A DNA stretch of 64,000 nucleotides, from positions 20,241-84,240 of the forward strand of contig CAVXCH010000004.1 in NCBI GenBank assembly GCA_963760245.1, in the 5' to 3' direction. The stretch is from an uncultured Chloroflexia bacterium (GTDB taxonomy: Bacteria > Chloroflexota > Anaerolineae > Anaerolineales > Villigracilaceae). The number at the start of each line of letters is the position of its first letter. Position 1 is the stretch's first letter. Both the position numbers and the translations under genes were made by a program. Under the pieces are notes generated by a model that saw only the letters and a program-made list of their open reading frames with translations, had not been told where the DNA came from and did not search any database. This document shows, one piece after another, positions 35,076 to 44,594 of this stretch.

Positions 35076-36623
35076 ATGTTCCTACAAGCACTTTTTTTTA
35101 TCCTTTCGCTCGCCATTACCCTTCTTTTTTTCCTGTATGGATTTAATCATTATTACCTGCTGAACTCAGCTCGAAGATATAAGACCCCGGCCTTGCCGGG
35201 CTTCCCCCACGTTCGCCCGACTGTTTCAATCCAACTGCCTGTTTACAATGAAAGGTATGTCATCCGCAGACTAATCTCCGCCTGTGCCGGCATGGCAGGC
35301 GCATACGGGAGCGACAAGGTGAAGATCATGATCCTTGACGATTCCGACGATGATACCATTATAGAAGTTGACAAGGTTGTGGCGGAATACAGGGAAAAGC
35401 ATTTCATCATAGAGGTCCAGCGACGGGAAAACCGGAGTGGCTTCAAAGCCGGCGCACTGCAGGTTGCGCTCACGGGAACCCAGGAAGAATTCATCGCCAT
35501 TTTCGACGCAGACTTCATCCCACCCGATGATTTTCTTCTGCGCACCATCCCCCATTTTGAACACGATAAACACCTGGGTATCGTCCAAAGCCGCTGGACA
35601 TATCTCAACCGCGATTTCAACCTGCTCACCCAGGCGATCGGCCATGCGATCGACGTCCATTTCCTGGTCGAACAACCGGGAAGATATGCGGCCGGGTGCT
35701 TTCAAAACTTCAATGGCAGCGGAGGAGTGCTCCGCAAGAAAGCCGTTCTTGAAGCCGGTGGTTGGTGTGCTGACACCCTTGCAGAGGACCTGGACCTCAG
35801 CTACCGGATGCAGATGCGCGGGTATGGAATTTTATATTTGAGAGATCTTGCATGCCCGGGGGAAATCCCCCCCACCCTCCCGAGTTTCAAAATGCAGCAG
35901 GGGCGCTGGGCTAACGGATCTTTGAGGAATGCCAGGAAGATCCTTCCCGACCTTCTCCAGGATCACAAAATTGGGCTCAAGCAACGCCTGCAAGCGTTCA
36001 TCCATCTTACGGGATATATCATTCATCCTTTGATGGTTATATCTTTCTTATTAAGTTGTTTCGATGTGTTATTGGGAGTGAATGTTCCACAAGCCAACCA
36101 GGGACACGTATTGAATCCCGTTTCGGGAAACGGTTTCATCCCGGGAATCTTCCACATCCATGCCCTGCAAAACGTAATCTGGGCAATCCTTTTACCTCTG
36201 ATCATCCTCTGCACGCTGGCACCGTGGATCTCCCTGCTCTCCACCTTGAAGATCCAAAACCTTCCCTTGGCGCAAAACCTTGTAAGCCTGCTGGTACTGG
36301 TTCTGCTCAGCCTTGGAATAAGTCTCAGCAACCTGCGAGAAGCTGTCAAAGCCTTGTTCACGAATCGGTCCTGGGAATTTGCCAGGACGCCGAAGTACGC
36401 GGACCTTCAAAATAAGCACGATTGGAAAAAGAAAAAATACCAGATGCCGGTGGACATTATTTGGGTAACAGAGTTGATTTTGGTGATCCTGGGATTATGG
36501 GCGATAGGGACTGCCATCCGGCAAACGAGCTATCCTGTATTACTGATCCTGGTCCCTTTTACCGTCAGCTATGGATTTGTCATGTCGATATCGATCCTGC
36601 AGAGTCGCAAAGCCAAGGCCTGA
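35076..36623 (+). CDS. Processive family-2 glycosyltransferase (CslA / monoglucosyl-diacylglycerol-synthase-like) with C-terminal TM domain
   Basis: LPVYNE, ILDDSDD, FDADF, VQSRW, TLAEDLDLSYR and QQGRWANG motifs. One N-terminal and 4-5 C-terminal TM helices. Confidence 0.8.
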   Translation: MFLQALFFILSLAITLLFFLYGFNHYYLLNSARRYKTPALPGFPHVRPTVSIQLPVYNERYVIRRLISACAGMAGAYGSDKVKIMILDDSDDDTIIEVDKVVAEYREKHFIIEVQRRENRSGFKAGALQVALTGTQEEFIAIFDADFIPPDDFLLRTIPHFEHDKHLGIVQSRWTYLNRDFNLLTQAIGHAIDVHFLVEQPGRYAAGCFQNFNGSGGVLRKKAVLEAGGWCADTLAEDLDLSYRMQMRGYGILYLRDLACPGEIPPTLPSFKMQQGRWANGSLRNARKILPDLLQDHKIGLKQRLQAFIHLTGYIIHPLMVISFLLSCFDVLLGVNVPQANQGHVLNPVSGNGFIPGIFHIHALQNVIWAILLPLIILCTLAPWISLLSTLKIQNLPLAQNLVSLLVLVLLSLGISLSNLREAVKALFTNRSWEFARTPKYADLQNKHDWKKKKYQMPVDIIWVTELILVILGLWAIGTAIRQTSYPVLLILVPFTVSYGFVMSISILQSRKAKA

Positions 36624-36627
36624 AACA

Positions 36628-37932
36628 ATGGCTCAACCTACCGGATCTACATCTAATTTACTATGTCACAAAGGATACCCGAATTCTGATCTGTTTCTGG
36701 TTGCCACCAGCATTATTTTACAGATCATCCTTGCGCTGTTCCTTGGGCATGCTTATGATATGCGGGTTTTCATGGCAACCGGTTATTTGGTGGGCACCGG
36801 TCAGAATCCATACATTGCACAAGACCTGAGCTCAGTTTTTCATAACAGCAGCTTCCAGGGGATCACCACGTTGGGATATTTTCCTCCCTGGGCCATGATT
36901 TTGGGGCTGATATATCTTCTAACTTATCGTGTCATCCCCAACTTTCTCCTTTACAACCTGGCCATCAAGCTCCCGGTCATCGCTACCAACATCTGCCTGG
37001 CTTACCTAGTCCTTTCAATATTACGAAAAATGGGTGTCCGGGAAAAAATCGCACACAGGGCCTGGATATTTCTCCTCTTCAATCCATTCCTCCTTTTGAT
37101 GTCAGCCGCCTGGGGACAATTTGATTCCATCGTGACGTTGCTGTCCCTGTTATCTCTCCTGCTAATCAGCGAAGGAAAGCTTACCGGTCCAGCAATCCTG
37201 CTTGCGCTGGCAATTTCTTTCAAACCCATCGCCCTCCCGATCATTCCGGTGATACTTGTTTTCCTGGCAGGAAAGTCCATCAAACGCACTTTGTATTATT
37301 TAGCCATATTCGCTGCCGGCATGGTTTTATTCTGTGCGGCGCCCTTCGCCCTCTTTGGATGGAGCCCGGCGCCGATCCTTCAGCATTGGGATTTTCATTT
37401 TACAGTAGGAGGTGGCCTGTCGTTCATGACATTTCTGGAGTTCACAGAATGGTCCTATGCACTGCCGGGACAGTTTTGGTTCCTGGGGTGGCTATGGGTG
37501 CCGGCTTTGGGCGTTGCCACATATATTATTGGAAAAGGAGGGGTAAAGGATTTCAATGATCTGATTAAGAAAAGCGCCGCCCTGATCTTGATCTTTTATC
37601 TCTGCCGGGCATGGGTTGCCGAAACAAATGTTGTTTTGCTGCTCCCTTTTGTACTCATCCTGATTTCATCGAAAGGGTTAAATCGGCTTTCCCTCGCCGC
37701 GGTATGGGTCCTGCCGTTGATATTCAGCTTTTTCAATACCTCCCTTTTCCAGCTTTTATTTCCCAGCCTGCCCGGATTAATGGACAGGCTGCTACAATTG
37801 GCAGGTAACTTCTCGGCTGCCCGGTATGACCTGCGGACATTGATCGTGATCATCTGGCTAGTTGCAGGATGGTTGGTCGCGATCGCCTGTCTTAAAAAAA
37901 ATTCGTTAAAGGCAGAAACTATCTCTGCCTGA
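36628..37932 (+). CDS. GT-C-like polytopic membrane protein (DUF2029 / mannosyltransferase-like)
   Basis: About 434 aa with 10 or more TM helices. Early motif LFLGHAYDMRVFMATGYLVGTGQNPY. The ATG lies 5 nt after the GT2 stop. Confidence 0.5.
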   Translation: MAQPTGSTSNLLCHKGYPNSDLFLVATSIILQIILALFLGHAYDMRVFMATGYLVGTGQNPYIAQDLSSVFHNSSFQGITTLGYFPPWAMILGLIYLLTYRVIPNFLLYNLAIKLPVIATNICLAYLVLSILRKMGVREKIAHRAWIFLLFNPFLLLMSAAWGQFDSIVTLLSLLSLLLISEGKLTGPAILLALAISFKPIALPIIPVILVFLAGKSIKRTLYYLAIFAAGMVLFCAAPFALFGWSPAPILQHWDFHFTVGGGLSFMTFLEFTEWSYALPGQFWFLGWLWVPALGVATYIIGKGGVKDFNDLIKKSAALILIFYLCRAWVAETNVVLLLPFVLILISSKGLNRLSLAAVWVLPLIFSFFNTSLFQLLFPSLPGLMDRLLQLAGNFSAARYDLRTLIVIIWLVAGWLVAIACLKKNSLKAETISA

Positions 37933-37964
37933 GAATATCCGCTTGAATTAGAGATAATTTTTAT

Positions 37965-38795
37965 ATGGGACTCAACATTCCGATCATCCCGGGGTTCTCC
38001 CTGAACTTCGGCGATCCCCTCCCCGACCAGAAATATCCGACCGCCCGTTTGCAGAAGGGTTTCATCCTGCTGGACGAAGGCGTGGAACTGACCGAAGAAG
38101 CGGTGGGGTTTGGAGTCCCTGTGGTTAAGCGCGGGCTGCAAACCATATTTCCAGGGGACGTATCGTTGACCTGGCAGAAGGAAGGAACAACCTGGGTTGT
38201 CACGGCGCAATTCAAATTGAATTTGGTCGAAAAAATCACGAGGGGCGGGAACGGAAATGTTGGGAATGGATCGTTTTACGCCTTGAAGGATTTCCTGGCA
38301 GAAGTCATCCGCCGCTTCCCCATCTTCCGCAGACTCCTGACGAACATCTCCAGCTTGTTGAGGCGTATTTTCAACTGGAAGACGAACTACGCGGCGGAAG
38401 GCGCCTTAACGGAAGTCAAGGTGAACTATACCATCGAGGCAGGGACGGGAAAGACGATGGTGGATATCGATTTAAGCGATCTGCCTGCAGATCTTACAGA
38501 AGTGGTGGTGATGAATGAGCAGGGTGCGCACGCTTTCGATCGATACCAGGATACTTCCGGAAACTACTTCCAGGGCGAGGAGGTTGGCTGCTGGGATGAA
38601 GTGGAAGCCGAAGAAGCCTGGTTCGAGAGCAGCGCCCGGCGGGTCGCGTTCGGGCTCGGTAAGGTAAAAGGGGCGCGACTTTTCAGAGGCAGGGAATTGA
38701 TCGGGTCCCGGTTGGCCTGGGCTGGTTTTGGTTATTCCTTCCCGCCTTCCATCCAAAGATTCCAGTATGAATTGAAAATCAAAAGGCTTGCATGA
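37965..38795 (+). CDS. Hypothetical soluble protein (no motif recognised)
   Basis: 276-aa ORF with coding-like composition. ATGA overlap with the next gene (38792-38795). Confidence 0.5.
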   Translation: MGLNIPIIPGFSLNFGDPLPDQKYPTARLQKGFILLDEGVELTEEAVGFGVPVVKRGLQTIFPGDVSLTWQKEGTTWVVTAQFKLNLVEKITRGGNGNVGNGSFYALKDFLAEVIRRFPIFRRLLTNISSLLRRIFNWKTNYAAEGALTEVKVNYTIEAGTGKTMVDIDLSDLPADLTEVVVMNEQGAHAFDRYQDTSGNYFQGEEVGCWDEVEAEEAWFESSARRVAFGLGKVKGARLFRGRELIGSRLAWAGFGYSFPPSIQRFQYELKIKRLA

Positions 38796-40159
38796 CATCC
38801 GTGCTTCTAATCTACCCCTTTTTCGTTCCTCACCGGGACCGGTCGGTTTTCAGGTTCCCTCCATTAGGACTCAGCTACATCGCTGCCAGCTTGCAAAAGG
38901 CCGGTCACGAGGTGCACTTGATCGACTGCACCTTCCTGGGAAGGACCGAAGCCCTGGAAAAAGCGCAGGCGGTGAAGGCTGAGGTGGTGGGCATCTACTG
39001 CATGGTGACCATGGTGGATGAATGCGTTTGGTTTGCAGAGCAACTGCGTCCCCAAAGCCGGCTGCTGGTCGCTGGCGGACCGCTGCCAACCTGCGACCCA
39101 GAACCTTTTTTGAGTAATTTCGACGTGGTGGTGCGCGGCGAGGGGGAACAGACCATGCAGGAACTCCTGCAGGCTCACATGGATGGGTCTGCACTGGAAA
39201 CCATCCCCGGGATAGTATACCGGACTGATCCGGGCTGGCCGGGGAAAGGCAGGCTCGTCTACACCCCCGAACGCAAATTTACGAAAGAGCTGGACCGCAT
39301 CCCCTTCCCCGCCCGCACGCTGCTCCCCAACGAAAGCTACATCCGCCAAGGCAGGAAAAAGTATGGATATTCGATCACCACGGTCATGAGCACACGCGGC
39401 TGTCCGTATCGCTGCGAATTTTGCAGCAACGTGGTCTTCGGCGGCTCCTACCGGGAGCGCTCGCCTGAGAACGTGGTGGACGAGATAGAATCGGCGCTTG
39501 CAATGGGATACGAACGAATTTCTTTCGCGGATGATGTGTTCACGATGAAAAAGGAAAGAGTGGTGGGGGTATGCCGGGAGATCACACGGCGAGGATTGCA
39601 TTTCAACTGGGAATGCCTGGGCCGGGTGGATGCTCTTGATTATCCGACCGCACTCGAGATGAAAGCAGCCGGTTGCTCACGGATCTTCTTCGGGATCGAG
39701 TCCGGCAATGAACAGATGCTCGAGCGCATGAATAAAAAGATATCGCTGAATGAGGCGCGCCGAGCTGTCCATGCTGCTCACCAGGCAGAACTCCAAGTGG
39801 GGGCTTTCTTCATCCTGTGTTACCCCGGGGATACGAACGACACCGTGCTCGAAACCTTGCATTTCGCCACGTCATTACCCCTGGACTACCTGGGACTTAG
39901 TATGCCCTATCCGCTCCCTGGAACGGAACTATATCGAAGGACCAGGGAACGGATCAACCGTCAATGGCATCCGGACGAAAGCCCCTTTGGAAGCCACGTG
40001 CTGATCTTCGACGCGGATTTTTCAGAAACCAAAATGTGGTTCGGGATCATGAAGGGACATGCCCAGTTCGAGATTAAAAAAAGAACCGGGAAGCTGGCGC
40101 CTCTGTTTTTAACCCTCTTTGAAAAACCAACCGATGCGATCTTCAGGCTCTTGAAATAA
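38792..40159 (+). CDS. B12-binding-domain radical SAM protein
   Basis: N-terminal Rossmann-like LLIYPFF..PPLGLSYIAASL..VVGIY. CX3CX2C motif STRGCPYRCEFCSN. Confidence 0.85.
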   Translation: MTSVLLIYPFFVPHRDRSVFRFPPLGLSYIAASLQKAGHEVHLIDCTFLGRTEALEKAQAVKAEVVGIYCMVTMVDECVWFAEQLRPQSRLLVAGGPLPTCDPEPFLSNFDVVVRGEGEQTMQELLQAHMDGSALETIPGIVYRTDPGWPGKGRLVYTPERKFTKELDRIPFPARTLLPNESYIRQGRKKYGYSITTVMSTRGCPYRCEFCSNVVFGGSYRERSPENVVDEIESALAMGYERISFADDVFTMKKERVVGVCREITRRGLHFNWECLGRVDALDYPTALEMKAAGCSRIFFGIESGNEQMLERMNKKISLNEARRAVHAAHQAELQVGAFFILCYPGDTNDTVLETLHFATSLPLDYLGLSMPYPLPGTELYRRTRERINRQWHPDESPFGSHVLIFDADFSETKMWFGIMKGHAQFEIKKRTGKLAPLFLTLFEKPTDAIFRLLK

Positions 40160-40188
40160 ACCTGCGACCTAAATATGGATGAATAAGG

Positions 40189-41484
40189 TTATATTTTCCT
40201 GCCTGCAAATGCCTGCATCGTCTCCCCGATCCTGCGCTGCAGCCAGTTGGGATCGAACTCCGATTCGTAAAGGAAAGTGACCTCGTTCTCCACATTCCAA
40301 TCATTGGTTGTATCCACTTTGCTCACGTGCTCGAACAATTGGGAACCAGGAAGCGGGTAGGGGACATTGAAAGAGATGGAGTCCAGGGGGAGTTCCAGAG
40401 CGAAACGAAAGGTGTCTTCAATGGCAGGAACAGTTTCGCCCGGATAACCGACGATAAAAAAGGCAGCCACTTCGATACCGGCATTATGGAATAATTGTAC
40501 GGCGTGTTTCCCCTCATCCACAGTCGCTTTCTTCTTCATCAACGTGAGAGTATCCTGGTTGCCGGTTTCCAGACCCAGGTAAACCCTACGGCAGCCAGAT
40601 TCCTTCATCAACCTGGTAGTCTCCACATCGATCCCCGTGACACGTGACAGACAGCTCCAGGCCATGTTCTGACCGGCAATGCGGCGGCAGAATTCCCGGA
40701 GGAAAGCAGGATCCAGGGTGAAGTTATCGTCTGCGATCCACAAGCTGTCGTAGCCCAGGCTGCGGATTTGCTGAATCTCTGCGAAAACCGCCTCGAGGTT
40801 TCGGCGCCGAAACCGGTTGCCAAAGACCGGACGGGAGCAAAAATCACAATTGAAGGGGCAGCCAAAGGTCGTGATGATGGAGGCTGTTTTCGAACCATCC
40901 AGCTGTTGCCACACCTTTTGATAAGCCCGATGGTCAAAGTCATCCCGGTAGGGAAGCGGGAAGGTTTCGAGCTCTTTTTCCCTGTAGTGAACAATGGGAT
41001 TTTTTACACATAATTTTTCGCGCTGTATAAAAAGCCCCTCGTATTTATCGAGCGCCAAGTCCATTACTTGCAGACGGGAAAGTTTTCGATCGAACAGGTC
41101 TTTGCAAAACCTGGGAAAACTCAAGTCGGCTTCCCCCCTGAATACAGCATCGAAAGCCTGACCATACTGTTCAGGGTAAAGGGTTGGTAAAGGTCCCCCG
41201 GCGACCAGGATGCAATCGGGAAGGTCGGTCCGTACCATCCCTGCGATCCGGAAGGTGTTCCGGCTCAGGGTCACCATCGAATAAATGCCGACCATATCCG
41301 CCCGGTAGGATCCCAGTTTTTTACGGATGCCCTCGAAGGTATCGAAGGTGCAGTCAAAGATCTTGACTTCGACGCCAAGCCTGTGAAGCTGGGCAGCCAG
41401 GCTGGCCATACCGAGCGGTGGAAACAAAAGTTCGTTGGGGGATTTTGTGCGGAAATAGGGGTAAACCAGGGCAGCCCGTGACAT
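40189..41484 (-). CDS. B12-binding-domain radical SAM protein (paralogue of 38792..40159)
   Basis: ALVYPYF..PPLGMASLAAQL..MVGIYS, TTFGCPFNCDFCSRP, and the shared C-terminal PYPLPGSQLF motif. Convergent with its paralogue, separated by a 29-nt gap. Confidence 0.85.
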   Translation of the reverse strand: MSRAALVYPYFRTKSPNELLFPPLGMASLAAQLHRLGVEVKIFDCTFDTFEGIRKKLGSYRADMVGIYSMVTLSRNTFRIAGMVRTDLPDCILVAGGPLPTLYPEQYGQAFDAVFRGEADLSFPRFCKDLFDRKLSRLQVMDLALDKYEGLFIQREKLCVKNPIVHYREKELETFPLPYRDDFDHRAYQKVWQQLDGSKTASIITTFGCPFNCDFCSRPVFGNRFRRRNLEAVFAEIQQIRSLGYDSLWIADDNFTLDPAFLREFCRRIAGQNMAWSCLSRVTGIDVETTRLMKESGCRRVYLGLETGNQDTLTLMKKKATVDEGKHAVQLFHNAGIEVAAFFIVGYPGETVPAIEDTFRFALELPLDSISFNVPYPLPGSQLFEHVSKVDTTNDWNVENEVTFLYESEFDPNWLQRRIGETMQAFAGRKI

Positions 41485-41525
41485 GTCGTTTATTTTCTCC
41501 GATTACCAAATAAAGGATACTTAAC

Positions 41526-41993
41526 TTATATACCGATAATGAATGCTTCCGTATAAACGATCACTCCGAGCAACGTGGCAGCCATATACAGAGCATAGGC
41601 TGCCCTCATAAATGGCTTGTACTTCTTGAAGCGCAAAGCCCGTGGGACCAGTTCATTTCCCCTCAGGACCACGAATATTCCAAAGAGAAGACCGATTGCG
41701 CCAACGATCGCATGGACTGTCGTGACCGCATAATCACCCTGCAAAAGTTTGCCGGGTATCCCCGGAAGGATGTGGAGGACAAACGACCTGATCATCACCA
41801 CCAGAACAACAATGGCATTCAGGCTGGCAGCGGAGGTTTGAACCCAACGGTGGGCTTCGAAATGGTTGTGGCGCGCCAACTGCCATCCGATGGTGATCAA
41901 TACGGCAGTCAGCAATATCAGGATGAGGGTCAGATCGGAAAGGGAAGTGGCGTGAGTCCCGAGAAACCCAGGTCCGTTGAGGAAATTTATCAT
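41526..41993 (-). CDS. DUF420-like 4-TM membrane protein
   Basis: 155 aa with four TM helices and conserved His residues (HNHFEAHRW). The family assignment is from memory. Confidence 0.5.
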   Translation of the reverse strand: MINFLNGPGFLGTHATSLSDLTLILILLTAVLITIGWQLARHNHFEAHRWVQTSAASLNAIVVLVVMIRSFVLHILPGIPGKLLQGDYAVTTVHAIVGAIGLLFGIFVVLRGNELVPRALRFKKYKPFMRAAYALYMAATLLGVIVYTEAFIIGI

Positions 41994-42214
41994 GGCTCAA
42001 AGAGTAATTGGGAAAACCCGACTAGTAAAAGAAATTAACCTTATCCACACGTTTGCCAACGAATCAAAGTCGCCAATATTGCTCCTATTATATGCTCATT
42101 TCCCCCGCCCATGGGGATTGCCTGGGAAACGGATGCAATTCTGTCAAACTCCCTAATAAATTGGGTTTTGGAGGCAATAATGTTGGAAATACATTGGAGC
42201 CGAAGGTCTAAAAG

Positions 42215-42243
42215 TTGACTTGAACCCGACTAAGTGATAATAT
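42215..42243 (+). promoter_or_regulatory. Sigma-70-type promoter
   Basis: TTGACT (42215-20), a 17-nt spacer, then TAATAT (42238-43), about 80 nt upstream of the peroxiredoxin-like ATG. Confidence 0.5.
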
Positions 42244-42323
42244 TTTTAATATGTTTGCAAAAAATTAAGTGTCATCCGGATAATTCGAGAAGCTCCGGTT
42301 TATGGTGGTTCAAGGAGGTAACG

Positions 42324-42785
42324 ATGGCTGATAAGGAATTGGAGGTCGGATCGCCTGTCCCAGATTTCACACTCCCAGCCAATACGGGCGGTGAGATCAA
42401 ATTTTCCGATTATCGCGGCAAAAAAATTGTCCTGTTCTTCGTGCGAGAGTACGAGTGACTGCAGTGCCGATCGCATGTCGCCCAGTTGGGGCGCTTGAAT
42501 GATGAGTTTGTCAAGGCAGGCGTGCAGGTTCTGGTGATCATCGGCGAACCTTTGGAGCGGGCGCGCAAGTATGCCGAGTCTCTCAAGGCACCATTTCCCG
42601 TCCTGGCTGATCCCGAACGCACGATCTATCACCGGTTTGAACTTACAAAGAATTTCATAGGGATTCAACATACCGCCTCTGTCATCGTGGACCCAAACGG
42701 TGTGATCACTTACATCAAGCGAGCCTTGAACCCGATGACCTGGCTGCAGGAAAGCAAGGAATTGGTCCGGGTTATTTTGTCATAA
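42324..42785 (+). CDS. Peroxiredoxin-like (PRX_like2 / AhpC-TSA) thioredoxin-fold protein with in-frame TGA; selenocysteine candidate (UxxC)
   Basis: RBS AAGGAGG. MADKELEVGSPVPDFTLPANTGGEIKFSDYRGKKIVLFFVREYE-TGA-LQCRSHVAQLGRLNDEFVKAGVQVLVI... ORFs 42234..42458 and 42486..42785 are in the same frame (offset 252 nt), so this is a stop codon and not a frameshift. Confidence 0.7.
42477..42494 (+). promoter_or_regulatory. Candidate bacterial SECIS hairpin
   Basis: G(U)CGCCC-AGUUG-GGGCGC: a 6-bp GC stem with a bulged U and a GU in the loop. It starts 19 nt after the UGA at 42456-42458. Confidence 0.4.
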
Positions 42786-42874
42786 GATTCGTTCTGCAGA
42801 AAATAACCGCAGGGTTTAATTTGCGGTCGGGATGATTTCAGCGCAGAGGTTGAAAAGAGTTTTCAGGAGTGGAT

Positions 42875-44050
42875 ATGGAAAACTTCAAATATCTGATCAT
42901 CGGCGGCGGGATGACCGCCGCGGCTGCCATGCGTGGTATCCGGGAGCTTGACCAGCAGGGATCGATCGGGGTGGTGGGCCTTGAATCGGACCCTCCCTAC
43001 AAACGCCCTCCTCTCAGCAAGGGGTTGTGGAAGGGCAAGCCCTTGGACAGCATCTGGTTAAAGACCGAAGACCTGCAGGCGGAGCTTCGCCTGGGTCGAA
43101 AAATTGTTTCGCTAGACCCGGGAAGTCTCACCGTCCAGGATGAACAGGGGACGAGCTACAAGGGTGAAAAGATCCTGCTGGCAACCGGGGGCACTCCCCG
43201 CCGGCTGCCGTTCGGCGGCGACCAAATCATCTACTACCGTACCCTGGCCGATTACAAGCGGCTGGCGGAGCTCAGCCAGGGCAACATGACATTTGCCGTG
43301 ATCGGTGGAGGCTTCATCGGGTCGGAAATTACGGCTGCCCTGGCAATGAACGGCAGGCAAGTGACCATGCTGTTCCCCGAGGACGGCATCGGTGCAGCGA
43401 TCTACCCGCACGACCTAGCCCTTTTCTTAAACGATTATTTTGTTAAAAAGGGCGTTTCAGTTTGGCCAGGGGAGGTATTGAGCGGAGCCAAAGCGAGCCA
43501 GGGGAAGGTGGCGCTGCAGACAAAAAATGGCAGGGAGTTGATCGTTGACGCGGTCATCGCGGGGATCGGAATCCAGCCGAATGTGGAACCGGCCAAATCG
43601 GCCGGCTTACAAGTCGGTAATGGCATCCTCGTTGACAGGACCCTTGCCACCAGTTATCCCGGCATCTTTGCCGCCGGAGACGCGGCCGAGTTTTTCAACC
43701 CAGCCCTCAACAAGCGCATGCGCGTCGAGCACGAAGACAATGCCAATACTATGGGACGCCAGGCTGGACGCAACATGGCAGGCGCCTCCGAACTTTACGA
43801 TCACCTTTCTTATTTTTACTCGGACATTTTCGAGCTTGGATATGAGGCGGTCGGTGAGCTTGACCCCCGCCAAGAAACCTTTGTGGATTGGAAAGAGCCA
43901 TTTAATAAAGGTGTGGTCTATTACATGGCAGGTGGCAAGGTGCGGGGCGTGCTGCTTTGGAATGTTTGGGACACAGTACCGGCAGCCCGAGCCCTGATCG
44001 CCGAGACAGGTCCCTTCACGGCTGCCGATCTGAAAAACCGCCTGGGATAA
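42875..44050 (+). CDS. FAD-dependent pyridine nucleotide-disulfide oxidoreductase (ferredoxin reductase / AIF-like)
   Basis: YLIIGGGMTAAAA (FAD GxGxxA), FAVIGGGFIGSE (NAD) and IFAAGDAA motifs. Confidence 0.85.
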   Translation: MENFKYLIIGGGMTAAAAMRGIRELDQQGSIGVVGLESDPPYKRPPLSKGLWKGKPLDSIWLKTEDLQAELRLGRKIVSLDPGSLTVQDEQGTSYKGEKILLATGGTPRRLPFGGDQIIYYRTLADYKRLAELSQGNMTFAVIGGGFIGSEITAALAMNGRQVTMLFPEDGIGAAIYPHDLALFLNDYFVKKGVSVWPGEVLSGAKASQGKVALQTKNGRELIVDAVIAGIGIQPNVEPAKSAGLQVGNGILVDRTLATSYPGIFAAGDAAEFFNPALNKRMRVEHEDNANTMGRQAGRNMAGASELYDHLSYFYSDIFELGYEAVGELDPRQETFVDWKEPFNKGVVYYMAGGKVRGVLLWNVWDTVPAARALIAETGPFTAADLKNRLG

Positions 44051-44234
44051 TTACATTGTGAAATGGGGGTCATGGTTAACCGGTCCGTGTCCGTCTCGGT
44101 TGAGATAATCGTCGACCGGAGGCTCCCATCATATTATTTATTTCTCCATCCGAGCTGCCCGGATTGGAAGACTGCCATATAATGTAACGGACGAGTGTTT
44201 AATCATCGGATAAGTATAATTGGAGTGAAGCGAT

Positions 44235-44594
44235 ATGGTTGATTTAGCCCAATTGCATTGCACCAAGATCGAAGCAAATACCCTCCCACTAAATAATAAG
44301 GAAATCGGTAACCTTGCAGCAGACCTGCCCGGTTGGCATGTTTTTGAAAAAGACGGTGAACCGCGACTGGAAGCATTGTTCAAATTCGAGAATTTTCGCA
44401 AGGCAATGGATTTCACCCTCCAGGTTGCACAGATTTCCAATGAAGAGGACCATCATCCCGCCATCCTGACCGAATGGGGAAAGGTAACTGTCACCTGGTG
44501 GACCCATAGAATCAAAGGATTGCACCAGAACGACTTCATCATGGCTGCGAAAACATCGAAAATCTATGGAGATCAATATGGAACCTATAAATAA
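44235..44594 (+). CDS. Pterin-4-alpha-carbinolamine dehydratase
   Basis: EEDHHPAILTEWGKVTVTWWTHRIKGLHQNDFIMA is the hallmark PCD/DCoH motif. Confidence 0.85.
   Translation: MVDLAQLHCTKIEANTLPLNNKEIGNLAADLPGWHVFEKDGEPRLEALFKFENFRKAMDFTLQVAQISNEEDHHPAILTEWGKVTVTWWTHRIKGLHQNDFIMAAKTSKIYGDQYGTYK

Noticed and set aside
42456-42458. Treating the TGA in the peroxiredoxin-like gene as another assembly error or pseudogene
   Set aside because: The upstream and downstream ORFs are in the same frame, and the stop sits exactly at the redox-active Cys position with a hairpin downstream. The errors in this window are indels, which would shift the frame.
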